From positions 1,426,001 through 1,490,000 of the forward strand of contig JANHCV010000011.1 in the NCBI GenBank assembly GCA_025594325.1: a stretch of DNA of 64,000 nt. The letters run 5' to 3'. Shown in pieces: positions 44,332-57,212 of this stretch; within the stretch, counting starts at the first letter, position 1, and every line of letters starts with the position of its first letter. This DNA comes from Blastocladiella emersonii ATCC 22665. Taxonomy: Eukaryota > Fungi > Blastocladiomycota. The notes under the pieces are model-generated. The model did no database searches, was not told the origin of the DNA, and worked only from the letters and a program-made list of their open reading frames with translations. Position numbers and translations under genes: made by a program.

Positions 44332-47300
44332 ATGGAACTGCCGACGATGCCGCCGGCCTGGCTTGTTCGGCCGCATCCTCGCTCTGCCGCCCCTCTCCCG
44401 GCGCTGCCCGGCCCCGCCCTGCTGCTCCCACGCTCCCCGCCGCCGCCCTCGCTCTCTCCACCGCCGTCGCCCACCACCACCGCTGCTGCGCCGCTACACT
44501 CGCCGCGATCGCACCGCTACGCATCAACACGCTCTTCCACGCCCACGGCTCCCGCGTCGGCTTCGGCTTCCTCCCCGGCCCCGGTCCTCGCCCCACCGCT
44601 CTCGCCGCCGCAGCGCGCCGTGGTCGTCGACTCGCACCGCCTCGCTCCCGCCGCCCTCGCTCGCGCCGCGGACTCGCCGTTGCCGGCGTCACTCTCGGCA
44701 TCCGCCCCGGCCCGCCTTCCTGTCGCCGCTCCATCCCCTGCCGCGGCCCATGCGACCTCGGACCCGCTCGCCGTACAAGCAGCCGACCCTCGTGCCCCCG
44801 AACGTGCGCCCGCCGCCCCGCCCATGTCGCCACCTCCGCCCCCACCCGCAACTGCGACTGCGACCGCCGCCGCCGACAAGCACCGCCGCCGCGCCTCGAC
44901 GCTCGCCCGCTCCGTCGCTGCAAAGGGCCCGCTGCCCGACCTGCCGCCCGCAACGCAGCGCGCACCCTCGGCGGCCATGACGCTGCCGCGCATCGACACC
45001 TCGTCCAAGCGCGTCCGCGCCGCCGCCAGGACAAAGTCGTCGCCGCTGCCGCCCTCGCCCTCCTCGCCCGCCGTCGCCTCGCCCGCCTCGTCGCACGCCA
45101 CCACCACCTCCGGCCTCCGCGCGACGCCCGCCTCGCTCCTCGACCGCGACCGCGACCGCGACCGCGACTCGGCCCGCGACGGCCTCTCCAAGCTCGCCTA
45201 CGCCGTCCACGAGCTCGTCTGCGGCGAGCAGGACTACGCCACTGCCCTCGCGGCCCTCGCGACTGTACGATCGCCTTCCATCAACAACCCCTGCGGCTGA
45301 TCGGAACTGACCCTTCCGTTCCGCACCCGTAGACGCTCCCCGCCTTCCTCGCCCCGCCCGGGCCCGACGGCGACGACGACGCGACCGTCGACCCCTCGGA
45401 CGCCGTGCTGCTCGTCCGCTCCTTGCCCGACCTCGCCCGCCGCCACCGCCGGCTCGCTCGCGCCCTCGCCGCGTCGTCGGCCCTCCCGGCTTCGCCCTCC
45501 GACGATGCCCTCGAGTCCAACCCCGTCGGCGCCGCCTACGCTGCCGCCCTCGCCTTCCTCGACGTCATGGAGGACCCGGGCGCCGTCGCCAGCTACGCCG
45601 AGTACTGCGCCCCGCACGCCGCCGCCCTCGCCGCCTGGCGCAAGCGCGTCGTCGTCCCCGAGTCGGCCGTCACCCAGCGCTTCCTCACCCCGCTCCTCGC
45701 CGCCGCCACCGCACCCGCCAACCTGCCGCCGCCCTGCCACCTCGACGGCTGCGGCCGCGACCGCGCTGCCGGCCCGCTCGACCGCTCCTCGCCCGAGAGC
45801 GTCCTCGCCCTCCCCGTCCAGCGCCTCACCCGCTACCCGCTGCTCCTCAACTCCATTGCCCGCCATCTCGCCGCCGCCCTGCACGGCGCCCACTCGGCCG
45901 CGGGCGATGCCGTCGATCGCGCGCTCCGCCTCGCCCGCCACCTCGCCTCCACCGTCGACACCCTGCGCGACGCCTACGAGCAGCGCACTCGCGCTCAGGC
46001 CTTTTGGGCCTCCGCCACCCTGCCCTCGGTGCCGTCCGCCACCGACGACTCGCTCCCGCGCTCCCGCTCCTCGCGCAAGTCGCTCGTCCAGGGCACCGCC
46101 CAGGTCCCGCCCGCTGCCGCTGCCGCTGCGTACGCCTGGGCCGCCACCGTGCCCGCCGTCAACGCATCGCTGACACGGCACCTTCTCGACCTCGACGATC
46201 CCGCCATGGCGTCCACGGTGCTAGACCCGTCGGCGTACCTCTCTGGCGCCACGGACGCCGCGGTTCCCGAGCACCGCGACCAGCTCGCCCGCCTCGCCGC
46301 CTCCATGCGTGCCACCTCCGACGCCAGCGTCCAGGCCTGGTGGCGCCACGTCCTCGCCATGGCGTCCGCGTCGCGCGCCACCGCAGACGGGCTCGACGAC
46401 GGCATCGTGTTCTCCGTCCCACGCTCCGCCGGACCGGAGCCCGATGCGCTGCCTGATGGCCTGTCGCTGCGCCTCGCCTCGGGTCTGGCCGTGGAAGGGC
46501 TCGCCACCGTCGTCCTGCGCCCGTCGAGCGCAGGGTTAGCTACCCCGCCCGCGTCGCCGCTCGACATGCCTGCTCTCGAGAGCCGCCGTGGGTCCGGTAG
46601 CGGCGGCATCGGGCGCCGCGCCTCGCTCTACCTCTTTGGCAGCTCACCCTCTTCATCGCCGACTGCTGCTTCGCCGTCGTCGCCGAGACAGCTGGCCGCT
46701 GACGTACCTACGCCCACGCGCCGCTCGCGCCGGTCTCTCTCCCAGCCGCCGCGACCGACCTCCTCCTCGTCGTCGTTCAAGGTGTCCACCTCGTCGGCCT
46801 CGCTCAACTCGCTCAACGGCTGCACCTGCGACCGCGACGACGCCCCCGAGGTGCCCCCGCTCCCGCTGCCCTCGTCGATCCTCCACTTCCCCGACCTCGC
46901 CCTCGCCGCCCCCGCCGAATTGCTACCTTTCTCCATCCCCTACTCCGAATCCCCCTCGGGCACAATCGACAGCCGCACCAGCGCCGACTCGGGCATCGCG
47001 CGCTCCGTGAGCCTGTCCACCGGCACCCTCGCCACGTCGACCACGGTCCCCATGGGCCCCGTGCACGTCGGCATGTTCCTCTTCTCGGACGGCTGCCTCG
47101 TCGCCGCCACGCCCTCGCCTCCTCCCTCGCGAGGGAGCGCGGGCGACCAGGACCCGAAGCCCGTCGTCCGGTTCGCGTGGGACCTGCGCCAGGACAACTG
47201 GCAGGTCCACGAGCTCATCACGCACCCTGACGCGTCCGCGTCCGGAAGCCCGTTCGGCGACGATCTCGCGGGCGACCCGACGTCCGCCGGCGTGACCCGG

Positions 47301-49436
47301 TGGGGCCTCCGCCTCGCGTCGCCGACGGCCCACATCGACCTGTACGCGCGCACCCAGCGCACGCGTAACGCCTGGATGGCCGCGTTGTACGAGACCATCC
47401 ACCACGGACAGCCGCCCACCGTTTTCCCGGCCGGCGTCGCGTCCGCCGCGACGGGCTCGCGCGGAACCGCGACCCCGCACACGACGCCGCGCACCTCGCC
47501 CGCTGTCTCCCCGGCATCGCACCCGAAGCCCGTCGCCGGCTCGGCACTGCACTCGCCCAAGATGGCGCCGCTCGAGCTCCCGTCGTCGACGTGGGACGCG
47601 GCGCACGCATCGCCACCGAGCGGTCCCGCGTGGCCGACGCCCACGTTCCTCGAGATCCCGCTCGTCATGCCCACTCTCCCCGATGCGCTGGTTCCCGCGA
47701 GCTCCACGTCGCTGCACCGCGTCCCGAGCAGCGGCGACGAGCACGACGACGACCATCCGCACGCGGCGGCGCTGCAGGTCCCGTGGACGCTCCCGCGCGC
47801 CGCCAAGCTCGCGGCCGAGGGCGCCTCTGCCACTTCGGCAACCAGCAAGCGGTCCAGCCGCGTCTGGCACGGGATCACCAAGCGCGCGACGCAAGTCGTC
47901 TCCACGTCCTCGCGCCGCACCGCCGCCGCTGCGGCCAGCGCGCGGACCGCGGCAGCTGCGACGGCAGCCGCCATGGCGGCCGTTGACGTCGCGTTCGCCG
48001 ACCTGTTCTCCTACATTCCCCGTGATACGGCGACGATTACGGCTGCCGCCTCGGCCAAGCCCGTCGCAGCAACTGCGGGCGTCTCGGCGCTCGACGAGTG
48101 GGAGCTCGCGGGCGGACTCGAGCCGACCGAGAACGGGCTCACGTACACGACGGCCAACATTTCGTCCGCGTCGGCGGCGCCCGCGGCCGAGGATGCGCCC
48201 GCCGTCGTCTCGGTCGGGCGCCGGATCCACGACGACGTCTGCGACGCGGCCGGCAAGGTGTGCGCCGGCGGTGGGAGCGGCGGCTCGGGGTCCGGGTCCG
48301 ACAACGAGAGCATGATCGCGAGCGTCGGTCCCTCAGACGTTGGCGCGCGCAACGAGGCACCGGTGCTGCCGTCATCGCGGATCCTCGACCCGCCCGTGCG
48401 CGGTGACTCGTTCCGGCCCCTCAGTGGCGTGTACTCGGACTTTGGCCCGATCCCGGTGACCAAGCGGTCGTCGTCGCTCTACTACGCGACGCCGGCCTCG
48501 CGCTCTGACGTGTCCGAGGGCGCAGCCACGGCACCGCCCGTCCCAAGCACGGGGAACGCGCCGCATGGCACGCTGCTGCAGCGCACGCCGAGCGGACGCA
48601 TCCGCACGGGCCGTGTCCCGCACCGTACTGTGTCGCGGCGCCCGCTCGGGGCCACGCGGCCGTCGCCAAGCCCGCTCCGCATCCCGCCGCGCCGCGAGTC
48701 GCTGCGGCCAGCCAACTCGGTCACGCTCACCCGCAGCGCGAACGAACCGCCGTCGCCTCCGCCGCCCGCCTTTTTCCCGCCCCCGGCGTCGCCGTCGGCC
48801 AACCGCACGCTGCGCCGCACGTCGATCGCGTCGCTCGCGGGCGTGTCCCCGCCGCCGTCGCCGTCGCTGATCCCGATCTCGAGCGGGTTTGCGACTGCGC
48901 CGGTGCCCGAGGCCATTCTGTCGTCGTGGACTTCGGTCGACAGTGACGACCACGAGGACGACGAGGACGCGACCTCGGCGCTCGCCCCGCTCGGCATGGC
49001 CGCGGCCCGGTCGTCCAGCTTCCTCCCGTCGTCGACCGTGTCCGCGAGCAAGCGCGCCGCCGCCACCATCGAGGCCGCGTCGCCCGCGGCATCGACCACG
49101 CCCGCGCTAGCGCATCGCGCGAGCTGGTTTTCGCCAGCCGACTTTGGCGGCACCGCCGGGTCAGCGTCGCCGCTGCTCCCGCCCAAGCCAGCACCAGGGT
49201 CGATGGCCAAGGCCGCCAAGACGCGGCAGCGGCCAGCGTCCGTCATGGGCCCCACGCCCACGGCGCCGGTGGCGCAGGCTTCGTCTTCGTCCTCCTCGTC
49301 GGTGCGCGGGTGGATGTGGAAGAACATGGTCACGCGGTGGAAGACGACAGCCGCGACCTCGGGAGCCGCGGGAGCGAGTCCTGCTGGCGGGACTCGCGCG
49401 GCGGTCGCGGCCGGCGCAGCAGCGCCGAACCAGTGA
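44332..49436 (+). CDS. RhoGEF (DH) protein with PH-like segment and long low-complexity regions; intron ~45265-45332
   Basis: HELVCGEQDYATAL, VLALPVQRLTRYPLLL; HVGMFLFSDGCLVA...NAWMAALYE. Confidence 0.75.
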
Positions 49437-49658
49437 CCAGAGTCGAGACTTACGAGAGATGGAAAGTTGTGCTACACTGAAATCATATATAAACCTGGGT
49501 TGTGATTCATCCGTGCTTTGTGGAGAGGCGAGGAGTGGAGAGGCGAGCGCCGAGGCGCGTGTCGGCCAAGGTGAAGAAGCGCGTGGTCCCTTCGACCGCT
49601 TCGGCCGACTTCTTCGCCGACCATCCACGCTCCCCTCGCAACCCAACACCTACCTCGC

Positions 49659-49672
49659 TGCAACGTATCAAC
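49659..49672 (+). promoter_or_regulatory. TGCAACGTATCAAC 5' motif
   Basis: Upstream of cactin ATG 49701; 13/14 match to the 14-mer. Confidence 0.5.
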
Positions 49673-49700
49673 CCGCCACCGACTCGGTGCATCCGCTGCC

Positions 49701-51549
49701 ATGGGATCCTCGGACGAAAAGTCCGCCTCGCGCCGCGCCCGCCGCGAGCGCTCGCGGTCGAGAAGCCCGGCGGCCGACCGGCACCGCAGCGGCAGCAAGC
49801 GCGAGCGCCGCGACCGGTCCCGCAGCCGTGACCGCGGCAGCGACCGGAGAAGCAGCCGCAAGCACCGCGACGACGATGATGACCGGAGGAGCAGTAAGCG
49901 GAGACACCGCTCGCGGTCCCGCTCGCCCGCCGCCAAGGCGTCGTCGAAGCGCCGCCGCGACCGCTCGCGCTCCCCGCCGGTGGCAGCTGCGCCCGTGGTC
50001 CCGCCGGTCGCCAAGTTCGGCGACCCCGTGTCCGAGTTCCTCATCGGCGACGACACGGGCCGCGCGCAGGACGACACGCCCTTCGTGTGGGAGAAGAAGA
50101 AGAAGCGCGACCGCAAGCTCGGCCGTGCCGAGGAGGAGGACCGTGTCGATCCCTCCCAGCTTCGGGTACACATCCCCCGCTCCGTGCGCGACGAGATCCG
50201 ACCGAGCGTTGAACTCACACGACCCGCCACGCCGTAACTAGTCCGAGATCGACCTGCTCCAGCGCCGCCGCGAGGAGCGCGAGGAGGAGCGGCGTCTCCG
50301 CGAGGAGGAGCGCGTCCAGGCGCAGCGCGAGGCGGACCGCGCGCAGTTTGGCGACTGGGAGTCGCGCGAGGACGAGTTCCAGCTGCAGCAGGCCCGCCTG
50401 CGCGCGCAGATCCGCGTCAAGGAGGGCCGCCCGCTGCCCGTCGACCTGCTCGCCCTCTCGCTGCAGGTCCTCGCCGACCCGCAGCTGCTCGCCGACCGCG
50501 ACATCCACATCGACTCGCGCGAGCCGTACCGCCTGCTCGAGCGGCTCGACGCCGCCGACCTCCGGTCCGTCGCCCGCGACATCGAAATGTACCTGTGGCT
50601 CGAGCAGGACCGCGACAACCAGCGGTTCTGGCAGTGCCTCCGCCGCGTGTGCGCGCACGCCGGCGAGCGCGCCGCGGCCGCGTCCTCGGGCGCTACGGAC
50701 CGCCGCGTGTCGCCCGCCGTGTACGCCGAGATCCAGACGCTGCTGCACAACAAGTCCATGGACCAGCTCGTGGCCCTCGAAAAGTCGATCCGCGGCAAGC
50801 TCGACGCGGCGCACGCCGAGCCCATCGACGTCGAGTACTGGGAGGCCATGCTTGACTCGGTCCAGGTGTGGCAGGCCAAGGCGCAGCTCCGCGACTACCA
50901 CTGCCGCCTGCTCGACATCCAGGCCCAGTTCTACGCCGACCGCCGCCAGGCGCGCCGCGAGCAGCAGCTCGAGGCCGAGGAGGAGAAGGCGGCTGCTGCG
51001 GCCGCTGCGCAGACCGACGCCGACGAGGCGCTCGGCGGCGGCAAGGGCGACCTCACGGTCGAGCAGCTCGAGCGCGCCGAGCCGGCACTCAGCGCGGCCG
51101 AGCAGGCCGAACAGGCCGAGCACGCGGCGCGCGAGGTGGCGGACGCGGACGCGGCCAAGGAGTACTCGTGGGCGTACAAGTACCGGCCACGCAAGCCAAA
51201 GTACGTGAACCGCGTCAACACCGGGTACGAGTGGAACAAGTACAACAAGACGCACTACGACGCCGACAACCCGCCGCCCAAGGTGGTGCAGGGCTACAAG
51301 TTCAACGTCTTCTACCCGGACCTGCTCGACCGGTCCAAGGCGCCCACGTTCAAGATCCTGCCCAAGCCCGACGGGTCCAAGGACACGGTCATCCTCAAGT
51401 TCATTGCCGGCCCGCCCTACGAGGACATTGCCTTCGAGATCATCAACAAGGAGTGGGAGTACTCGCACCGCCGCGGGTTCCGCTGCGTCTTTGACCGCGG
51501 CGTGCTCCAGCTGCACTTCCAGTTCAAGCGATTCTTCTACCGTAAGTAG
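49701..51549 (+). CDS. CACTIN: Cactin (spliceosome-associated); intron 50166-50241
   Basis: RS-rich N-terminus, FVWEKK, WESREDEFQLQQA, KYRPRKPKYVNRVNTGYEWNKYNKTHYD, GYKFNVFYPDL, FIAGPPYEDIAF. Confidence 0.96.
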
Positions 51550-51683
51550 CCGGAATATATGCTTCTTTTGCGGGCACCGAGTGTGATGTGCGGGTCAATG
51601 GGGTGGCGCGTACGGTCAAAACGCGAGGTCGCGGTCGCGGCCGGTCCCCGCTCCCCCTCGACTCCGATGCAATCACCACGAAC

Positions 51684-52833
51684 ATGAAGCACCTGCTGTA
51701 CCCGAGCTACTTCATCACGGGCGCGTCGTCCGGGATCGGCCGGTCCCTCGCGCTCGAGCTTGCGCGCCGTGCAGCCAAGGCGCGGGCTCCACTCGCCCTC
51801 GCCCTCGTTGCGCGCCGCGAACCGCTGCTCGAGCAGGTCCGCGACGACGTCCTCGCCATCTATCCCGAAGCCGCCGTCAAGGTACCTTCACGCTGGACTT
51901 CGCCGAAGATCGCGCCGGGCCCAACGTGCTCCCGCACCTCGTAGGTCCAGGTGCTGGACATCAACGCGCCGTTCGCCGAGCTCAAGGCGGCGGTCGAGGC
52001 GTGCCACGCGGCGCTCGGCAACCTCCACTGCTTCGTGATCAACGCGGGGATCTACAGTGCGTCACCGCGAGTCTCGCTTGGGTCTACGACTGACGTGCAC
52101 ACGACGCCGGTCTAGACCCGCCACGGCCGATAGGCAGCACCGAGGTCGACTACGAGGCGGACCGACGGATTGCCATGACCAACTGTACGTCTCGCCATTC
52201 GCGACATGAACGAGTCAACTTGGGACTAACGCCAGCGCGTAGTTGTCGCCACCACGGCGTGCGTCGAGGCGGCCGTGCAGTACATCCGCGCGCACCGCGT
52301 GCACGAGACCAAGGAGCAGGCTCACATCGTCGGCATCGCGTCCATGTCGTCGACGCAGCCGATGCCGTATATTGCCATGTACAGCGCGGCCAAGGGTACG
52401 TCGGGAATGTCCCGAAACTGATGTGAATCTCAACGACGGTCGACGTGTAGCTGGCCTCGTGCAGTACCTCGACTCGCTGCGCATCGAGGTGCGCGGGCAA
52501 GAGATCACCGTCACGACGATCCTGCCGGTACGCGAGCTCACCGCGTCCACCGACCGACGCAGTCGCTCATCGCAATGCATGCTGTAGGGCTTCATCGAGA
52601 CGCAGATGATCGACTGGATGAGCTCGCGCCCGTTCTCGTGCTCGAGCGAGCGGTGCGCGGCCCTGATCGCCGACCGGGTCGCGGCGCGCACCAACGGGCG
52701 GGCGGCGGTGCCGTGGTTCCCGTGGGCGCTGATCGCGGCGCTCGCTTGGCTGCTGCCCGACTGGCTGCTGCACTGGAACGCGCAGCGCATGATGGCCGTG
52801 AAGCCGGGCCTGGTCAAGGCGCCCGCGGAGTGA
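51684..52833 (+). CDS. Short-chain dehydrogenase/reductase, paralog 1 (5 introns)
   Basis: ITGASSGIG, VINAG, MTN, GIASMSS, YSAAK, PGFIET. Confidence 0.9.
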
Positions 52834-53214
52834 GGTGTGAGAGGATGTGGCGCAACGCGTCGCGTTTTGTGTTGCGGCGCCGAGTTGACGCAGGCCGCGG
52901 CTGAACATGCTCGTTCACTGCGGTGCTTTGGTCTCTCACTCGTCCCTCAGCGTATACCGATACCGCGCGTGGGCGAGACCACGGCCAGGTTGCGCGCGAG
53001 GGCAGCGGGCTTGTTGGTGGCCAAGTTGATAAAGTGCCGCTGCTGCTGCTCGCCCTCAGCGTCGCCCTTGAGCACGCGACGTGAAGACGCGACGACGGGT
53101 TGTGGCCGCGTCACGCTTCTCATCACCGAGCCTCATATCCCGTCCTGGTTTCGCAGGAGGGCGCGAGAGTGGGAGACCGGATGAGAATCATACTGTAAAG
53201 AGGAATACGAGATC

Positions 53215-53245
53215 ACCGACTGCGACTGCGACTGCGACTACGGCG
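53215..53245 (+). repeat. (CTGCGA)n microsatellite
   Basis: ccgactgcgactgcgactgcgactacggcgac at the 3' end of the JmjC gene. Confidence 0.7.
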
Positions 53246-55211
53246 ACGGCTTGTCAACGAGCTGGATCACGGCGCGGATCAGCCGCTCTCGGGCGGCCTC
53301 CAGGTTGGCCTTGCGCAAACTGTTTGGCGCCGAGGGTACCATACTGCGGTCGCCGAGGAACCACTGGGCGTCGTTGAGCATGGCCTGCAGATCCTTCGGC
53401 GCCTTGAGCTTCGTCTGGATCCACTCGAGGCACCACGCGGCGAAGCGCTGCTTCCCGGCCTGCTCGGCCGCCGTCAGCTTGTCCGCCTCGGCGGCGCGCA
53501 GCACCGCGGTCACGGCCACCGCGGGGAACGCCGGCAGCGTGAAGGCCTTGGTGCTGTACACGGCCGTCTCGAAATCTACCACGGCAATGTGCACCGCGGC
53601 CCACGCGAACGTGAGGAAGTTGCCAGCGATCACAATCGAGTCGTCCGGCGTGTACACGGCGTGCAGCAGGCCCGGCGGCAGGAACGCCGTCTCGCCAGCG
53701 TTCACCTCGATCTGGACGATACCCTCGAGCTCATCGAGCGCGTCGATGCCCGTGCGCCCGTCGTGCTCCTTGTCGTGGTACCACTCGAGGTTCTTCTTGG
53801 TTGGCGGCGCGGCGAGGAACACCTTGCGGCCGCGCACCACGTGGTAGTACACGGCCGTCCCGGCGAAATCGACGTGCCAGTCGGTCCAGCACTCGGCGGT
53901 CGACAGCAGGGCGTACGCGTCGATGCGCGAGTGGTGCTCGAGCGTTGGCCAGTAGTCCGCGAGCGACGCGGCGCGCACCGCGCGCGGGACGAAACGCTCG
54001 GCGTCGAACTCCTCGAACACGCTCGCGAGCGCGAGGTCGAGCTGGCTCGCCGGGCGCAGGCGTAGCGTGTAGCTGAGCTAGCGCGTCAGCGCGCTCCACG
54101 GGTGCTTGGTGGCGACCGACGTGTACCCGTCAATGACGTTGATGCGAAACTCTGGTTCTTTGGACGCGATCTCGATCTCCTGGAACAGGTCCGTTTCGGT
54201 GAGCGTGGACGGGAAGCCCATGCCGAGCTCGCTGGGCGTAGCGCGAACGAGGAACGGGTACTCCCACGACGGCGCCGATGGCGACGGGTACAGACCGCGA
54301 AGTCGCGCCTCGACCTCGGCCACGGGGACGAGCGGGACTTGTTGAGCGGTTGCGCGGGCGGCCGCCCTGAGGAGGACGGGGACGTGGTTGCGCGCCGCGT
54401 CCTCGGCCGTGACCGAGGCGAGAATGGTGTCGAGCTGCTGGCCGCGTTGCTGGTGCAGGAACTGCGCCTCGGCAGCGTACGCGGGCGGAAGACCGGCGGT
54501 GGGCAAGCCGTCCGGCTTGAGGCTCGCGGCGTGGACGGCCGAAGCGGCGTTGATGAGGGCAAGGGCAAACCGATGCTGCTGGGACAGGTTGATGATGATC
54601 GTGGCCGCCGCCGCGGCGCTGTCGGCCTCGGCGTCGTCTTGGGCGTAGGCATCGAGCTCCACCACGTTGGTGGCCGAGTCGGCGAGATGATCAACCAGGT
54701 GGATCGCGATCGCGACGGCAAAGGCACGCGCGCGGCAGCTGGCCATGTGCTCGGAATCGACGGCAGGGTCGAGCGTAGCGGCAAACTTGGTCACGACGTC
54801 GGCGAGGTACGTGGGCTTGGCCGCGGGCACGGCTACGTGGATGGCCGCACTCGCGCCAGAAGGCGAGGAGCTGGTGCCGGTCTGCGCCGTGGGCGCCTCG
54901 GCAGCCCGGTTGGCCTCCTGCTTGAACTGTTTGGTCTCGGTAAAGAGCCGATGGACCGTGCCGGGCTCGATGCCAGCGTCGAACGAGGTCCGGTGCCACA
55001 CGCCGAGGAACAGGGCGAGAGCGAGTCGGGCAAGGCGTCTGCCCGCCGAAGCCGCGGCCGCTGCGTCGTTGGCGTCGGCGCGCGCATCCGCGGCGGACTG
55101 CATGGGAAGTTTTGCGGTCGACTTACCGCGGGTCGTCTGGCGACGCGCGGCGCGGTCCTCGCGGTCCTTGCTGCGGTCGCGCGCGCGGCCGTACTGCACA
55201 AAGCCCTTCAT
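53238..55211 (-). CDS. JmjC-domain protein of KDM2/KDM7 (JHD1-like) type, no PHD finger seen; probable intron 54073-54126; may extend to 55459 via a frameshift
   Basis: LGMGFPSTLT..INVID, YWP, WTDWHVDFAGTAVYYHVVRGRKVF, GETAFLPPGLLHAVYTPDDSIVIAGNFL (HxD...H triad present). Confidence 0.8.
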
Positions 55212-55296
55212 TGTTTTTTTTCGAGCTTGGTGATCAGCACGGGAGGAGCGCGGGCTTCGCCCTCGGTCCAGCGTGCTTCGGCAGGGGAACTGGCGT

Positions 55297-55328
<32 letters not shown>

Positions 55329-55900
55329 CTGGCAGTGGCGGATGCCGTGACGGCGACGGCGGGGCGCGCGTCAAGGGTCGCGGCCCCGCGGCCGCGCTTC
55401 CGCCGCTTGCTCTTGGGGCGATCTGCAGGTGCGGGCTCGATAACGTCGGTGCGCTTCATGGTATGGGATGCGGTTTCGGGTCGGGGTTGTCTCGGCGGGG
55501 TTGGGAGGAGCGGCGGGTGGGCAGCGGGCAGGGCAGCGGCCGTGGCGGCTGAACGCGTCGCGTCGCTCGCGCTCGCTGACTCACCTCAACCTTGCGGGTG
55601 TGTGGTGGTGGCTGTTGGCGACTGTTCGGCCGCCGCGAGCTGGCCAACTGACGACACAGCCTCAAACGCCTCGAGCGTGAGTCCTGAGTCGCGAGCCGTG
55701 GGTCATGAGCTGAGTGCTGGGTCATGAGGGGGTGGAGGAGGTGAGGCGCGACGCGTCGCGTGTTGTGTGGCGGCGCAGGTGGCGGCGCCGATTTCACGCA
55801 CGCCGCGGCTGAACATGATCGTCCGCTGCGACGGTATCTCTCTCCATTTCCTCAGCGCACGCATCCCTCGGATCGCTCTGAAACTCGCTGCAACAGCATT

Positions 55901-56925
55901 ATGAAGCTATACCCGAGCTACCTGATTACGGGCGCGTCGAGCGGCATCGGGCGCGCCCTCGCCCTCGAGCTGGCGCAGCGCGCGGCCAAGCTACGCGCCC
56001 CGCTCGCGCTCGCCCTCACGGCGCGGCGCGTCCCCGTCCTCGAGGAGGTCAAGCGCGACGTCCTCGCCGTGTACCCCGAGGCGCGCGTTCACGTCCAGCG
56101 GCTCGACGTGACCTTGTCGTTTGAGACGATTCGCGCTGCGTACGAGGCGTGCCACGCAGCTCTCGGCGGTGTCAGCGGCATCCACTGCTTTGTCATCAAC
56201 GCCGGCATCTCGGGCCGCCCGCGCGCCGTCGGGTCGGACGAGATCGAGTTTGACGCGGACCGCCAGGTGGCCATGACCAACTGTACGTTCGGCGAGCGAT
56301 GACGATGTCGCGGAGCGAAGCACTGACCAGCAGCGCTCGCGTCCAGTCGTGGCGGCCATTACCTGCATCGATGCGGCCGTGCGGTACATTCGCGACCACG
56401 GCGTGCACCAGACCCGCGAGCAGGCGCACGTCGTCGGCATCTCGTCGCTCGCGGGCCAGATGCCGCTGCCGTTCAACGCCGTGTACAGCGCGACCAAGGG
56501 TGCGCTGTCGCTCACTCTACGCAGGCCAGCTAGCGTGCGCTCTGACACTGCGCCAACTCCCTGCTGTAGCCGGGCTCGACCAGTACCTGCGGTCGCTCCG
56601 CGTCGAGACGCGCGGCGAGGGCATCCACGTCTCGACGCTGCAGCCCGGGTTCGTCGACACGCCCATCAACGACTGGATGCTGTCGCGGCCCATGGTGTGC
56701 ACGGCGGCGCACTGCGCCGTGGCCATTGCCGACCGCATCGCGGCGCGCACTGCCGAGGCGGCCGTGCCGTGGTGGCCGTGGGCGATCCTCAAGCGGCTCG
56801 CGCCCTTCATTCCCGACTTTGTGCTGCTCAAGAACGCCAAGGACATGCTGGCCGAGACCAAGGCGCACCCGGGCAGCGTCGGCGGCGGCGGTGTGGGCGG
56901 TGTGGGCGGGTCCAAGGCGGACTAG
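55901..56925 (+). CDS. Short-chain dehydrogenase/reductase, paralog 2 (2 introns)
   Basis: ITGASSGIG, VINAG, GISSLAG, YSATK, PGFVDT; colinear with the 51684 gene. Confidence 0.9.
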
Positions 56926-57212
56926 ATGCACAACGCGTAAGCCTGAAGAAGGTCATTTTGATCAGCCTCGCCGGCATTCGCGGTCAGTCAGATCAGAGTG
57001 TGCACGAGGCGGGGATCGGTGGTCGCACGCGTGGAGCGGGGCGCGAGGCGGGGCAGGGCACTGGCCAGGGCACCGCTTTTTCGCGACGCGAGCCGCGAGC
57101 GGAAGCGGACCGCGCCTGTCGCCGACCGCTCCCCCGCTATCCCCCCCCTCCCGCCCCCTCTTTCGACGCCCCGCGCCGCACGCCCACTCGCTGCAACGCG
57201 CCACACTCTGCC

